Shown: piece by piece, positions 13,543 through 27,205 of the stretch
Layout: every line of letters starts with the position of its first letter
How positions within the stretch are numbered: the stretch's first letter is position 1
NCBI RefSeq assembly: GCF_006345805.1
Contig: NC_042997.1
Span: 176,824,001 to 176,888,000 of the forward strand
Reading direction: 5' to 3'
Length of the DNA: 64,000 bases
Origin: Octopus sinensis
Taxonomy: Eukaryota
Position numbers and translations under genes: made by a program
Notes under the pieces: generated by a model
The model's database searches: none
Seen by the model: the letters and a program-made list of their open reading frames with translations, nothing else
What the model was told of the DNA's origin: nothing

Positions 13543-14639
13543 TATAACATCCTAGCTGATATAAAGGGTATTGACAGGGAGGGAGGAAGGGAGAGGGAGA
13601 GAGAAGGAACAGGAGAGCAAATGCATGAGAGGAAAGAGAGGGGTGGGGTAGAAAAATAAAGGACATGCATGGCACCAACAAGGCTTGTATGCATAATCGA
13701 CATACATGGTGCAAACAAGGCTTCATGCAATCCGAGAAATTATTAAAACTATTTAGACGATTCGAAAGCCTGTAATGGATATCCACACCATCCAGCATGT
13801 TAGTCCTGTCTCCCTAACAGGGGGAGACTAAAGAAAAACTATAAGAAATAATAATTATCTAATTTTGAATAATGCTAGCGAAAATTACTTTCTGTGTAAT
13901 TTGACTCTGGTTTCGAATATGCAATCTTCTAAATCTTTCACAACTAAGAAGAATTTTGTATTTTGATGAATGGCTTCGTATTCAACTCCTACAGCTAGCA
14001 ATTGAATACCGATTTAAACACGAAGAATTTATGAAAATGTTCCAGCGCAAGATCTCAATGCGAATCTCTTTTTGATTTATGCAAATGCAACCTGTCATAT
14101 ATATTGGTGTCTTCATAAAATCAGCTGTGCTTTGTAATTATTTACATTGCTTCTAATATTCAATATTCCCTAGGACTTTTATAATTCGATACTTATATCC
14201 TATCCCGATACTGTTTGTGTATGCGACAATAACGTCACAGACCATATATACACATGCATATACACACACGTCTATTCTTACACGTGTGCAGAGACGCGCA
14301 TTCAACCCAGCACACATACATGCACATAAATACACAAACATGTATTCATACACATACGCACGCATACGCACACACTGAGCGACACACAGGCATACAGATA
14401 AGAACATGGATACTTATATACATATATATACGCACTTGTACACACACTCACACGCACCTAGGCATATCTACTGCGATGCTAATAGACAGGAAACTACTTA
14501 TACTTACTGCTATTGTGGAAAATTACAAAGAGCTGCGAGCCAACGAGGAATCTTCTGCAAAACATAGTAGCCAAATATCCCTCAAATTTTACTTATTTAA
14601 GCCACTCGATCTCTATTGACATTTGGCCCTCGAAGACTT

Positions 14640-15030
14640 TTCTCTATTGTTTTCGACTCTGGACCGTCTTTTGGCCTCTCCTGGGTCTTGTTGGGCTTGA
14701 AATGTCATCGATGTTTCTCATCTCCTTCCCATCTCTATCCTTTTTACCACTACTATAATGGCCTCTGCTCCTCGTTCTGACTGAGCTCATGTCACACGCA
14801 CTCTTTCCCTACCGATGCACTTGTCTCTCCTCCTACCATCCTCTTGTGTGCACCCTCCTCAGGCTCCACACTAACTCAGTATTTCCTTCCCAGAACGTCG
14901 GTCCACTGGAGTTTCCTCCACGTTCATGTTATTCTTGCAATCGTTGGGACTTAATGGTGTTAACCTTACCGGTGGCGGAGATACTCTGAAGGCTATGGGC
15001 CTTGACCCTCCCTCCAGTCATAACAAGTAA
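14640..15030 (+). mobile_element. Decayed CR1/L2-group LINE 3' end
   Basis: Manual translation ...LFYHYYNGLCSS...HP...FLPRTSVHWS resembles the C-terminal LFY.YY.G.CSSEL...FFPRT..LWN stretch of such LINEs; mirrored at ~36140-36520. Confidence 0.5.
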
Positions 15031-15102
15031 AGTATGTAAGTGTAAATGGCTTAATTGAATAAAAACTAACTGCTAGAATAATAAACATATATGCAATTAT
15101 GT

Positions 15103-15138
<36 letters not shown>

Positions 15139-15291
15139 TACATGCATACTTACATACATACATGCATGCATATTCCCCACAACTAGATAATTCTTTATTG
15201 TTCTCTCCACTTTTCCCCTAATTGACACCGAACAATCATTATAATTATTATTTTTGAAAAATTATTTACTGTTTGAGAAAATTAAAATAGA

Positions 15292-15590
15292 CTGGCGTTC
15301 CCTCGGTTGCGATGACAAGTGCCCCAGCTGAGCCAACCAACGGAACAGCCAGCTCGTGAAATTAACGCTGAAGTGGCTGAGCACTCCGAAAACGTGAGTT
15401 GTCATAACGTAGTTCTCAAGGCGATTCAGCGGAACATACCAAATATGACAAGTCTGACCCTTTCATTGCTAGCTGACTGGACCGGAGCAACGAAAAATAA
15501 AGTGATCTTGTTCAAGACACAAGGTGCCGCCAGGAATTGAACTCACGACCTTACGATCGTGAGCCAAATGCACTAACCACTAAGCCAACC
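15292..15590 (-). mobile_element. SINE family C (tRNA head plus TTGCTCCGGTCCAGTCAGCT core)
   Basis: Minus-strand A box TGGCTTAGTGG and B box GAGTTCAATTCC; related copies at 44115, 54030 and the mirror at 35597. Confidence 0.75.
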
Positions 15591-17964
15591 CACTTTCACT
15601 CGTGACAATTATAAGAATGTTTGCAACAATCAATTATTCTTTGGTTTAGGGACATTTATTTTTATTAGCATTAGTATTGTTAATGCAATTAAAAGATGGT
15701 GGAGATTAGCCCTGAGCAGTATGTGAAATGAAGGACAAGTTTCTCGGACGCAACTCATGTTATGGTCAACATATACACAAACAGTGATGGGAATAATGAT
15801 GTTGGTAGCACTGGTATGGCTGCTGTAGGGGTGGTGTTGGTGTATCTTTGCTAAAAAAAGCATCTCCTCCGTTTGTTCATATATGTTTTTTTTGTTTCTT
15901 TTTCCTTTTTGCATTAGTAACTTTTTGTCGGTTACGCTCCTCACCGTCACCCACGCCACACGTGTCTAAGTGGTCTCTAGGAACAAGGGGCGTGTCTTGA
16001 GGAGTAATTGCCTCTTTTTAATTTGTTGTTCTTTGTGTGTGTGTGTGTGTAGGGGGCTTTCAGTTGCTGTTGGTTGTTGTTTGTTGTTGTTGTTAAGCAA
16101 CAAGACGGGTAAGGGTGATTAGGTGATGGTCTAGGGCTTAGGGGCGGGAGACCCCAGACCTTGGAAAAAAAAACTTTGGTCGTCTTGTTGTAGTCGAGGG
16201 CTCTTCGTTGACGCCCGACACCACTGGGAGGTGGCCCTCGAAGTCGCTGGAAATGGAGATCTCCAGGTCCAATTTCTTGAACGGCTGCTGTTGTTGGTGA
16301 TATGGTGGCTCTTTAGGGTGGTAATTCTTTGTTATTTTTGTTGCTGTTGTTTCTACACTTGTAACTGGCGCTGCAGTCACTGCTGCTGCTGCTGCTACTG
16401 CATGCTATTGTTGTAGTTGCTGTGTTTGCCGTTATTGTTGTTGATGTTAGTGATGTGGCGTTGACAGTACAGGAAGTTTTCTTTCAGCTGTCAATTCTGT
16501 TGTTGGAGGTAGAAAGCCTTGAGTAATTAGTGTTTCCACAGTTGTACTATCAAGACTTTCTACCCACCACTACCCTCTGTAGTTACAGCCCTCCTAGAAT
16601 TTCTATTAGGTCGGATATTTTCCCTAATGCTTCAGGTTTCACATGAATCAGAATTTCCAGCCAAATCCATACTCACTCCTTTGGAGAATCTTTTGATTTC
16701 TAGCAGTGTGCTCGCCTCTTCCAAAAACCACACATTTCGCCAGAGTCGAGAAGTCTAGTTCTGGTGGTGTGTTTGAGATTTTTACACGGATCATTCATCG
16801 TCCCAGTTAGAAGGTAGATGAGTGTGAGTGTAAAATCTACAGTTTTTTGTGTAACAGTGGAGTGCTTCTGTGTTAGAGATTCTGAGTGGAAAATAACTTA
16901 GATACATGGTATTTATTAGCGACAGAGAGGTAATATTTATACCCAGATAAACGTGGATGTTAATGTTGGATGTTCTATTAAAACAAACTATACAGCAGTC
17001 GTTTCCATGAGAGAAACCCTCATATTGGTTTTTTGGTGCAAAATGCAATCTTGTTTATATCGTTAGTGGAGAGATATATCCCCACCATTTCCAGTGTTGA
17101 GACCACCAGAACATGTGATTTCGACCTTCTTTGGTCTCGTCAATGATGGACGCCCCACTATTAGAAATAGCTGTGAACTCATCTCCCCGCCAGCGATATA
17201 TGAAAAAACAAAACAAAAAAACAGTGCCTGAATAGGCGCTGGTATCGCTCACTGATTAATTGCGACTTTCTTTCTGCTCTCGTCTGTTGAAGTATATCTC
17301 CGCCACTTCTAAATATCCAAGCTTTTTTTGCAGAGTGAGATGAGATCGAAAACATTTATGATCTTGGTCACAGAAATAATTTTCACTTTATTTCCGCTGC
17401 TGCAGATGTTGTCAGTACCATCCTTGTCGCTGCAGTTATTGCTTTTTGTTTGAGTGGCAGTGGTAGCAATGGCGGCGGATTTGTTTCTGTTGCTACATTT
17501 AGTTGCTATAACAGTGGCAATGCACAACTGTTTGTTGTTCATGATTTTGCAATTTTCTTTGTTAGGCATGTCATTGGTCTCGGTACTCGGTACTGCTATT
17601 ATTGTTGTTGCAGCTGTTTCTGCTGTTACTAGAGATGTTACTGTTGTCGTTGCTTCTAATGCTGAAACTACTATTTTTAATTACCTCGGCTTTGGTATTG
17701 GGTGGTAGAAGATGATTGCAAAAGACGGTTTCACTTTCAGAATCTCCTCTAACCTTCACCTCTTGCCAGCTGGTTGACAAAGTGGGGTGTCATTCTGAGT
17801 TTTTATTATGCTTCGAAAAGTATTTTACTTGCTCATCTATCAAAAGGATTACATAAAAACATACATACATACATACATACATACACACATGCATAATGTG
17901 TGTATGCATATATATGTGTGCTTCTGTGCGGTTTTCCCTTTGTCTTGCTTTTGTCGATAAATTT

Positions 17965-18197
17965 CTTTTACTTGCTTCAGTCATTTGACTGTGGCCATGC
18001 TGGAGCACCGCCTTTAGTCGAGCCAGTCGACCCCAGGACATTCTTTGTAAGCCTAGTACTTATTCTATCGGTCCCTTTTGCCGAACCGCTAAGTTACTGG
18101 AACGTAGACATACCAGCATCGGTTGTCAAGCGATGTTGGGGGACAAACACAGACACACAGATACACAGACACACACACAGACACAGATACAGACACA

Positions 18198-18247
<50 letters not shown>

Positions 18248-18415
18248 TATATACGACGGGCTTCTTTTCAGTTTCCGTCTACCAAATCCACTTACAAGGC
18301 TTTGGTCGGCCTGAGGCTATAGTAGACACTTGCCCAAGGTACCACGCAGTGGAACCGAACCCGGAACTATGTGGTTCGTAAGCAAGCTACTTACCACACA
18401 GCCACTACTACGCCT
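17965..18415 (-). mobile_element. SINE family B
   Basis: Full reverse-complement match to family B with an internal (CA)n. Confidence 0.87.
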
Positions 18416-18732
18416 ATAGCCACTCCAACTCCTAAAATATGAAAAATTTGCAAGCTACACGAAATACGTACATGGACGTTAACAAACCGTTTGTACACAC
18501 TCTCCCAGCCATTTACATGCAGGCTTAGTCTACTCGTGCTTAGTTGTTCAAATTTCAGTTTGCTATGTGAATGGCCTCCCAGGCCTCCGCAGTCTGGTCG
18601 TTGATCAAATTTCAGCTTATTATGTGCGTTTAATTATGTCCGTTTTTATTATGTGTGTTTAATTTTCTTCAGAGAAACTGTTCGTTATTAAATTTCTTCG
18701 TTTAGAACCGTTCGCAGTTCATATATAGATGG

Positions 18733-19134
<402 letters not shown>

Positions 19135-19302
19135 TAGGGAATAAATCCAAATTTACAGGGAAAAAAATCAGATTTAGGATTAAATCCAATTTTATAGTAA
19201 AATATTATAAAATATTATTAGAGACAAAACCACTATTTTGCAAAACAAACAAGGAAAGACTTAATCAATACATAAAATTTTAATAAATAGTCAAAAAAAC
19301 CG

Positions 19303-19345
19303 CCACTACAATCGTTTCTTGTCTTGATCGACAATCTTCAGGTGG
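19303..19345 (-). ncRNA. Minimal type I hammerhead ribozyme, copy on minus strand
   Basis: Reverse complement reads CCAC CTGAAGA TTGTC GATCAA GACAA GAAAC GATT GTA GTGG. Confidence 0.85.
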
Positions 19346-20540
19346 ACTTCCAATCTAAAAAATCAATATTTTAAAATATAAAAATAATAATTTTAAAATA
19401 ATTAAAGTATGAATGAAAAAATATAAGTATATAATCCATATATAACCTATATATAATCCATATATAATCAATATATAAACAATATATAAACTAAAAAAAC
19501 CTATCAACAATTAAATATAAAATATAAAATATAAAATATAAAACAAAACAAAAAAATAATAATAATATAATAATAAACTATATATACACCCATACACATA
19601 TACCTAATTATATATAACCATATCTAACTACATACACTAAATCACACACCTATATATATATATCCCTATACATACACATAAAAACGTCTAGGCAACTATA
19701 AATAAATAAAATAGCTAAATACTTCAACACAATACTTATTCATACTCCCACACACACACACATACAACCCACATTCACGCTCTAGAAAACGGACATCACT
19801 CAAAACTATGAACGGAGAAATGGAATAAATGGAATTAAAAATTATATTCACTTGGTAAAACGAACACTACTTAAAAATTATGAATGAAACAATGCAATAA
19901 AACAACAGACATCGCAAATAGACACAAATTACTACGAATTCCTTAACAAACCTACCATGATAAACCAAAACTCATAAAAACATATAATGATAAAATCTCC
20001 CTTTACTAAACTCTATAACAAACCTATATAGCAATCCCCCTAACCTAAACATTCACACACAAATACACACACGTAAACCACACACCCACGACATATACAA
20101 ATACCCACATCACTTACACATACCAATACATACATATAAACCTCAACATATACTCCAAAAACCCACTCAACCCCACACAGACAAATAAACACAAAAATTA
20201 TGAATGGATTCTTTTATAAAACTACCATGATAAGCTAAAACTCACAAAACAGAAATGATAAAACCTCCCTTTACTAAACACTATAACATACTTATATAGC
20301 AATCCCTTTAACCTATACATTCACACACAAAAACACACACGTAAACCACACACCCATAACAAATACAAACACCCACCCCACTCACACACACCCACAAGTA
20401 CATATAAGCCTCAACATATACACCAAACAAAATTACTTTACCAAAGAACTTAACATATGTATAAAAAGTATAACCGCTCTGGAAACGAACATCTCTAAAT
20501 TAATGAATGGAGAAATGGAATAAATGGAATTAAAAATAAT

Positions 20541-22576
20541 ATTCACGTGGCAAAACGAACACCACTCAAAAATTATGAATGAAACAATGTAATAAAACAA
20601 CCAACATCGAAAATAGACAAATTACCACGAATTCCCTAAAAAAACCATGAAAAACCAAAACTCTTAAAAACATATAACGATAAAATCTCCCTTTGCTAAA
20701 CTCTATAACAAGCCTATATAGTAATCCCCCTAACCTAAACATTCACACACAAATACACACACGTAAACCACAGACCCACGACTTATACACATACCTATAC
20801 TAACTTATAAACCTCAATATACACCAAAACCCACTCCCTCCCCACACAGACAAATTAACACATACATCCCAAAACCTAAATAACAAACCCATATACACAT
20901 TCACACACAAACACACACACACGCAAAACACACACACACAACAGATACATATACTCCCTCACATATACGCATATACATACTCACTAAACTCGATATATAC
21001 AACAATATTTACACACCCACACTCATACAGATAAATAAATTATACAACTAAAAACTCACACACAATCTCATATACATAAACACTCCTATGAAAACAACAT
21101 TAAATACATCGTAATTAACCAGAATATCAAAAATAACAATATGACATAAGGATAAATAAAATACATACTTAACAAGTCAGTTTCAAATTATGAAGTGAAA
21201 TTAAATTCTTAGCCGTTAAAAAAGTCAAACCAAAATTACGTTACCATAGAAATAACTTATGTAAAAAAGAATACGCGCCATGGAAAGTAAACGTCATTTA
21301 AATTATGAATGGAGAAATAGAATAAATGGAACTAAAAACTATATCCACGTGGCAAACCAACACTACTTAAAAAAATTTTATTATGAATGGATTCTTTAAA
21401 AACTACCATGAAAAATCATTATATACATTTATGAGCTTTAGCTCACCTTAGCAGCTCTAACAAACAACTTGCAGTAACCCAAACCCATTCTCTATGCCTA
21501 CCTCACTACTACACTATTCCATTCACAATTCCAAGCAACGCTAGTCCACCACCCGGTTATTCACGTGGCAAAACGAACACCACTCAAAAATTATGAATGA
21601 AACAATGTAATAAAACAACCAACATCGAAAATAGACAAATTACCACGAATTCCCTAAAAAACCATGATAAACCAAAACTCATAAAAACATATAACGATAA
21701 AATCTCCCTTTGCTAAACTCTATAACAAACCTATATAGCAATCCCCCTAACCTAAACATTCACACACAAATACACACACGTAAACCACAGACCCACGACT
21801 TATACACATACCTATACTAACTTATAAACCTCAATATACACCAAAACCCACTCCCTCCCCACACAGACAAATTAACACATACATCCCAAAACCTAAATAA
21901 CAAACCCATATACACATTCACACACAAACACACACACACGCAAAACACACACACACAACAGATACATATACTCCCTCACATATACGCATATACATACTCA
22001 CTAAACTCGATATATACAACAATATTTACACACCCACACTCATACAGATAAATAAATTATACAACTAAAAACTCACACACAATCTCATATACATAAACAC
22101 TCCTATGAAAACAACATTAAATACATCGTAATTAACCAGAATATCAAAAATAACAATATGACATAAGGATAAATAAAATACATACTTACAAGTCAGTTTC
22201 AAATTATGAAGTGAAATTAAATTCTTAGCCGTTAAAAAAACCAAACCAAAATTACGTTACCATAGAAATAACTTATGTAAAAAAATAGAATACGCGCCAT
22301 AGAAAGTAAACGTCATTTAAATTATGAATGGAGAAATAGAATAAATGGAACTAAAAACTATATCCACGTAGCAAACCAACACTACTTAAAAAAATTTATT
22401 ATGAATGGATTCTTTAAAAAACTACCATGAAAAATCATTATATACATTTATGAGCTTTAGCTCAACTTAGCAGCTCTAACAAACAACTTGCAGTAACCCA
22501 AACCTATTCTCGATGCCTACCTCACTACCACACTAATCCATTCACAATTCCAAACAACGCTAGTCCACCACCCGGT
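20541..22576. repeat. About 1.02-kb direct tandem duplication inside the PLE 3' UTR (mirror ~28485-30520)
   Basis: CACGTGGCAAAACGAACACCACTCAAAAATTATG starts at ~20544 and ~21563; both units end CCACCCGGTTA. Confidence 0.9.
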
Positions 22577-23835
22577 TACAATTCCCAACTCCACCCATTC
22601 ATTCACAATTTCAACGACGTTCGCCTCCACAGCGCTACATATAAGCCTCAACATATACACCGGAGATACACTTACACATCCGTGCGGATGGGTGAGAGTA
22701 TACATTGAGTGTAGTGATGGGGCTCCCATTACTATACACATTTGTACCTGTGTGGTAGTCTCCATGTGTATATTCACGCACGGGTATAAATGCAGGGGGT
22801 ACACGCGCACGTCATTTGCGTGTACCCCCTCACATGTACATATGCATGCTATTTGGGCTCGATATATGCAACAATGTAATCGCGCCCGCATACATGCATA
22901 TGGGCGAATTGCACAATCAAAAACGCACACGTGTGTGTGTGCGTTCCCTGGTTGTGCAATTCACCCATCTGGGTGTGAGTGGGTGTAAGCGTATCGCTGT
23001 GGATGTCGAGCTTGATACGTATGTATATGAGTGTGTATTAGGGGGTTGTACGTATTAATTGTGTGCATGTGCTTCACGCACTTGCGTCCATGTATGGATG
23101 AATATATTGGGATTACTATGTGGGTGTAAATTGGGTATGGAGGGGGGAGTTTTGTCATTGTATGGGTGTGGGTTTCATTTGTGATGGTGGTTAGTTGGTG
23201 ATTTTTAGTATGTTCTGTATATTTGGGTTAGTTATGTATTATTCTAGTGTGTATAATTGTATACATATAATTGGTGTGAATGGGATTACGCCCATTTTTG
23301 GGGATGTATGTTTATTTATCCATGTGGGGCGGGAGTGGCCGTTAGGTGTATATGCTGAGGCTCACATGCAATTCCAGGTACAGCGAATGAAGTGGGCACT
23401 TATATTTGTTATGGGTGTGTGTACTTTATTATAACAGACAATACCCAAATAAAATCTGTCAATTCAACATACCAAATAAAAAACAAAAAACAAAGGGATC
23501 TTAAACATTCACACATACATACAAAACTCAATAAAAACACCACTAAATAACACCCATAAACATATAAATATATCCTCCAAAATACATATAACAAATGCAT
23601 AATAAAAATACATAATAAAATAAAAAAAAAAAAAAAAAAAAAATATATAAATAAAAAAAAAAAAATCCAATATAAATTATTAAAGTTTTAACGTACCATA
23701 AACTGTTAAATTAATATACATTAAAATTGAACTAATTAAAACAAAGAAATATCAATAAAGACTAACTATAATTAAAGCCTAGACAACATAACCAAAAATA
23801 TATTATCTAAACTAATTTAAACTAAACTAAATTAA

Positions 23836-24633
23836 TAGTAATTTGTGTCTATTTGCGATGTCTGTTGTTTTATTGCATTGTTTCATTCATAATTTTTAAG
23901 TAGTGTTCGTTTTACCAAGTGAATATAAGTTTTAATTCCATTTATTCCATTTCTCCGTTCATAGTTTTGAGTGATGTCCGTTTTCTAGAGCGTGAATGTG
24001 GTTGTATGTGTGTGTGTGGGGAGTATGAATAAGTATTGTGTTGAAGTATTTAGCTATTTTATTTATTTATAGTTGCCTAGACGTTTTTATGTGTATGTAT
24101 AGGGATATATATATAGGTGTGTGATTTAGTGTATGTAGTTAGATATGGTTATATATAATTAGGTATATGTGTATGGGTGTATATATAGTTTATTATTATA
24201 TTATTATTATTTTTTTGTTTTGTTTTATATTTTATATTTTATATTTTAATTGTTGATAGGTTTTTTTTAGTTTATATATTGTTTATATATTGATTATATA
24301 TGGATTATATAGGTTATATATGGATTATATACTTATATTTTTTCATTCATACTTTAATTATTTTAAAATTATTATTTTTATATTTTAAAATATTGATTTT
24401 TTAGATTGGAAGTCCACCTGAAGATTGTCGATCAAGACAAGAAACGATTGTAGTGGCGGTTTTTTGACTATTTATTAAAATTTTATGTATTGATTAAGTC
24501 TTTCCTTGTTTGTTTTGCAAAATAGTGGTTTTGTCTCTAATAATATTTTATAATATTTTACTATAAAATTGGATTTAATCCTAAATCTGATTTTTTTCCC
24601 TGTAAATTTGGATTTATTCCCTAATATTTATTA
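23836..24633 (+). repeat. 5' pseudo-LTR of the PLE (direct repeat of 31123-31932)
   Basis: TAGTAATTTGTGTCT...TTCCCTAATATTTATTA occurs at both places and inverted at 19131-19930. Confidence 0.92.
24414..24456 (+). ncRNA. Minimal type I hammerhead ribozyme in the 5' pLTR
   Basis: Stem I CCAC/GTGG; core CTGAAGA; stem II TTGTC/GACAA with loop GATCAA; GAAA; 2-bp stem III AC/GT with loop GATT; cleavage triplet GUA (cut after 24452). Confidence 0.87.
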
Positions 24634-24689
24634 TTTATATAATATTGATAATTTTGTATATTGAGTGTAATACCTCAATTTCGTAAATT

Positions 24690-27205
24690 ATGGATTTTAC
24701 AGGTAAGATAGAACCGCTGTTTTGGGATTCATCTTTGAAAGATATTCCTATTCCTTCTAGAAAGGAATTTATCTTGAAACTTGTTAATAATGTTAAAGAT
24801 TTTATTTCTAGAATTAAATGGAAAGCTTTTTACTATAATTTTTATTTATTTAATGATATTGATAGTAGGAATGATAATTTTACCTCTAAATTTAAATCTA
24901 GAAAGGAACCTCCATTTAATAAAGAATTACAATTACTTGAAGATAGTATATGGAAGGTGGTAAAAAATATTGAATTCCATAAATACCCAAATAGAAATAA
25001 TGAATATTTAAGGAATTTAGCAATTAAAATTAAAGATATGAGAAATATGGATGGTATTATAGTACAATCTGATAAAACAAGGAACTTATATAAATTAGAT
25101 GTTAAATTATATGATAAACTATTAGGGAAAGAAATAATTAAAAAATATAAAATTGTTCCAGATGATATTCTTTATAATATTAATAAGGCCTCTAAAGTAG
25201 TAATGTTAAAATATGAGTTGGATAATAAAACTGAACCTTATGTACCTTTGCACCCCAGAATTACTCTTAAAGACCATAAAGATAATTTTTATTCAGACCC
25301 TAAAGTTAGATTAATTTGCCCATGTAAATCGGACCTAGGTAAATTAAGTAAATTTATTTTAGATAAATATATTGATAAGTTAAATAAACTTAATTATTTA
25401 AAATTATGGTTTAGTAATAATAATACATTGAAATGGTTTAATAATATTAAAGATAAAAATCGTTATAAATTTATTCAAATAGATATAGATAATTATTATT
25501 CTTCTATTAATGAAATTGTGTTTAATAAGCGCTTATTTTCGCAATGAATAAAGTGGGTATGTCACGGGAAGAAGTTAATGTAATTAAAATGGCTAGGAAA
25601 TCGCTAATTAAATATAAAAATAAATTATGGGCTAGGAATGATACTAGAGAATTGTTTTGATATACCTATGGGAGCACCAGATTCTGCACAGGCTACTGAT
25701 TTAGTAGGTATTTTTCTTTTATCTGAACTCCAATTAGAAAATCTTAAGATAGAGGGTGGTTTATATAGATACGATCTTCTACTAGTTACAAAGAATTGTA
25801 CTAATAGGAATCTAGAAGTATATAAGAAAAAACTATATAGTTTCTTTAAAATATATGGTTTAAGTATTACTATATATAAGGAGAATTATAATGTTAATTA
25901 TTTAGATGTTAATTTTAATCTTATTACAGGTAAAACACAACCATATCATAAACTTAATGAGAACCTTAGATATATAAATGTTAATAGTAATCACCCATTT
26001 TCTATTAAAAAATCGTTGATTAATAATATAAGTAAACGTATTTCATTACTCTCTTATGATATAGAGATTTTTAATAAACATGCTAATTATTATAATGAGG
26101 CCCTTAGAGGGGCAGGTTATAATAGGAATATTAAATTTTATAATATTAGTGATAAAGATTTAATTGTTAATTTTCGAGATACTTCTAATAATAATTATAA
26201 TTTTGTTAGGTTTAGTGGTAAAAATAATAGATATTATAAAAAAAATAAAAAAATGATAAAAATATAAATAAGAATAATAATAATAATAATAATATAATAA
26301 TAATAATATAAATAAGAATAATATAAATAAAAATAAATTTAATAATTATTATAATAATTATATTGATAAATTTAATAATATTAATAATTCCTTAAATGCT
26401 GTACATAGATATAATTCTGATAATAATTTTAATAAAATAAAGAATTATAAATATATTTATAATAATGATAATAATAATAAGGTTAATAAGAATAAAATTT
26501 GGTTAATAGTTCCTTATGGAGATCAAGTAAAAACGAATATTATTAAAGAGATTTTAGATGTTATAGAACTATTTATTAGAGATAATCGTAAATATAGAAA
26601 CATTTTCTCTTTTAATAATTTTGGAGTTGGTTACTCTACCACTAATAATGTTGGTAACATTATTTCTTCATTTAATAAATATAAACTGAATAATTTTTAT
26701 AAAAAGAAATTATTTGATAATAATATTAATAATGATAAGACTTATATTAATTGTACATGTAGAGATAAATCTAATTGTATATTAAATAATAATTGTGATA
26801 TTAACGATGTAGTGTATAAATGTATAGTTACATTACATGATAATAACTTTAAGAATAATAATTACACAAAAGCGGTTTATATAGGTTCTACTTTCCTCAA
26901 AAATAAAACTAAGAATCGCACAACATATGAATTCTTTTAAAAATAAAAACTTAATCAACTCAACCGGACTTAGTAAGTACATTTGGAGTCTTAAATCACT
27001 AAATATTAATTATAGTTTAATTTGGGAAATAATTTGTAAAACTAAATCATATACTATAGGAGCTAATTGTTGTTATTTATGCTCTAATGAGTTTAAAGAA
27101 ATGTTATTTTATAAGTATGATAATTTACTTAATACTGGTGAAGAGCGCAAAATAAAATGCAGACATAAGTTACTTTACCTATATAATAAGTTTCATGATA
27201 AATAG
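24690..27205 (+). pseudogene. Penelope-like element RT + C-terminal GIY-YIG endonuclease (about 840 aa reconstructed; Hydra-clade-like), frameshifted
   Basis: DKT (25071), ITLKDHK, RLICPCKS, motif A FIQIDIDNYY, motif B FDIPMGAPDSAQATDLVG, motif C YRYD (25764-25775), YLDVNF, SNHP, KIWLIVPY, CTC..C..C (26752), VVYKC (26809), VYIGST (26875), KLRIAQH, NSTGLSKYIW, CYLC, KCRH. Indels near 25529, 25645, 26250, 26294 and 26893. Confidence 0.93.

Larger units (their letters stand above)
19131..23831 (-). mobile_element. Inverted, 5'-truncated PLE copy (3' UTR plus pseudo-LTR only)
   Basis: Reverse complement of 27230-31930; no RT or EN sequence. Confidence 0.93.

Noticed and set aside
22517-23600. 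ORFs in the PLE UTR (137, 98, 65, 63 aa and their mirrors at 27464-28546)
   Set aside because: No recognisable motifs; some are broken between the two arms; better explained by structured non-coding RNA.
25545-25660. Selenocysteine read-through of TGA (as in some Naiad PLEs), with the UTR hairpins as SECIS
   Set aside because: Both TGAs are out of the reconstructed frame and are explained by indels. The endonuclease is C-terminal, unlike Naiads. No SECIS core was recognised.
24690-27205. Three separate genes (285, 209 and 92 aa)
   Set aside because: They are collinear pieces of one PLE RT-EN frame, joined by segments recovered manually.
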